A stretch of 63,204 bases of DNA, counting the filler, from Octopus bimaculoides (lineage: Eukaryota), in assembly GCF_001194135.2 (NCBI RefSeq). It is 5 parts of 5 records of this genome, joined end to end, with 100 filler letters (N's around TTAATTAATTAA, not from the genome) between each part and the next. Parts side by side here need not be neighbours in the genome. Positions count along the whole stretch, not along the records: positions 61,147 to 63,204 come from NC_069000.1; 4 more parts are not named here. One strand, 5' to 3'. Every line of letters starts with the position of its first letter. Position 1 is the stretch's first letter. Position numbers and translations under genes: made by a program. Of this stretch, positions 62,672 to 63,204 are shown one piece after another. The notes beneath the pieces are model-generated. The model saw only the letters and a program-made list of their open reading frames with translations. It ran no database searches and was not told where the DNA came from.

Positions 62672-62780
62672 GTATATGCGAGGCCGGATCAAGAAGTATT
62701 CGCACAGTTGCCGTAGTAACGAAGCTAAAGCACGCAGAATGGAGCCGCTCGGCAACGATTGACCTTGAACTCTGCTGTGC
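62672..62780 (+). mobile_element. Possible 5' end of a mariner element
   Basis: (ta)tgcgaggccggatcaagaagtattcgcac resembles the TA-CGAGGG..TCAAAAAGTA..CG TIR class. No ORF follows. Confidence 0.4.
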
Positions 62781-62821
62781 GGCAGGGAGATGGCAGAATC
62801 GATCACGTGACGCAGAGATGT

Positions 62822-62975
62822 ATATGATGGGCTTCTTTCAGTCTCCCTCTACTAAATCTACTCACAAGGCTTTCGTCGGTCCGAGGCGATAGTAGAAGAG
62901 ACTTGCCCAAGTTACCGCGCAGTGGGACTGAATCCGGAACCGTGTGGTATAGAAGCAAGCTTATTACCACGCACA
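62822..62975 (-). mobile_element. SINE family A/B head
   Basis: gggcttctttcagtctccctctactaaatctactcacaaggc...gcaagcttattaccacg. Confidence 0.82.
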
Positions 62976-63124
62976 GACACACACGCAAGCACTCACATAC
63001 AGACACACACACACACACACACACTCACACACACACGCACACACTCAAACACGTACATCAGACAAATCGTCCCCTTATTATACAGTAGCATCTTTAAAAA
63101 AATATTAGATTAAATAGTTGAGTG

Positions 63125-63204
63125 CTAGAAGGAAAAGAAAAAGATGGGATGACCGAGGCTGGAATGCCTTGGATCACGTAAGTCTGCTGGCACCGGACTG
63201 GCCC
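63125..63204 (+). mobile_element. Fragment of another short interspersed family (related pieces at about 30840-30900 and 56030-56220)
   Basis: Shared gaatgcctt.gatca...tctg...gacctg..gctaaacaac-like tail, judged by eye. Confidence 0.35.

Overview
AT-rich, microsatellite-saturated, gappy (about 20 N-runs) eukaryotic DNA with no confidently identifiable host gene. The repeat families resemble those I recall from octopod cephalopods, so an Octopus draft assembly is the likely source (inference, not database-checked). Recognisable content is almost all decayed transposable elements. These include two lineages of R4/Dong-clade RLE retrotransposon, a CRE-clade element split by a Merlin-like insertion with an 8-bp TSD, and Penelope-like RT/GIY-YIG pieces. 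Also present are RTE and CR1-type LINE fragments, two near full-length mariners, an internally deleted Tc1, maT-, hATm- and Helitron-like relics, MITEs and about 20 tRNA-derived SINE copies. Most ORFs in the supplied track are microsatellite or N-gap translations. The strongest lead is an R4/Dong lineage whose copies repeatedly abut (CATA)n in the same polarity, beside a second lineage inserted in (TAA)n, suggesting two microsatellite-specific retrotransposons. Family names come from motif recognition by eye; boundaries are approximate unless TSD or TIR coordinates are given.
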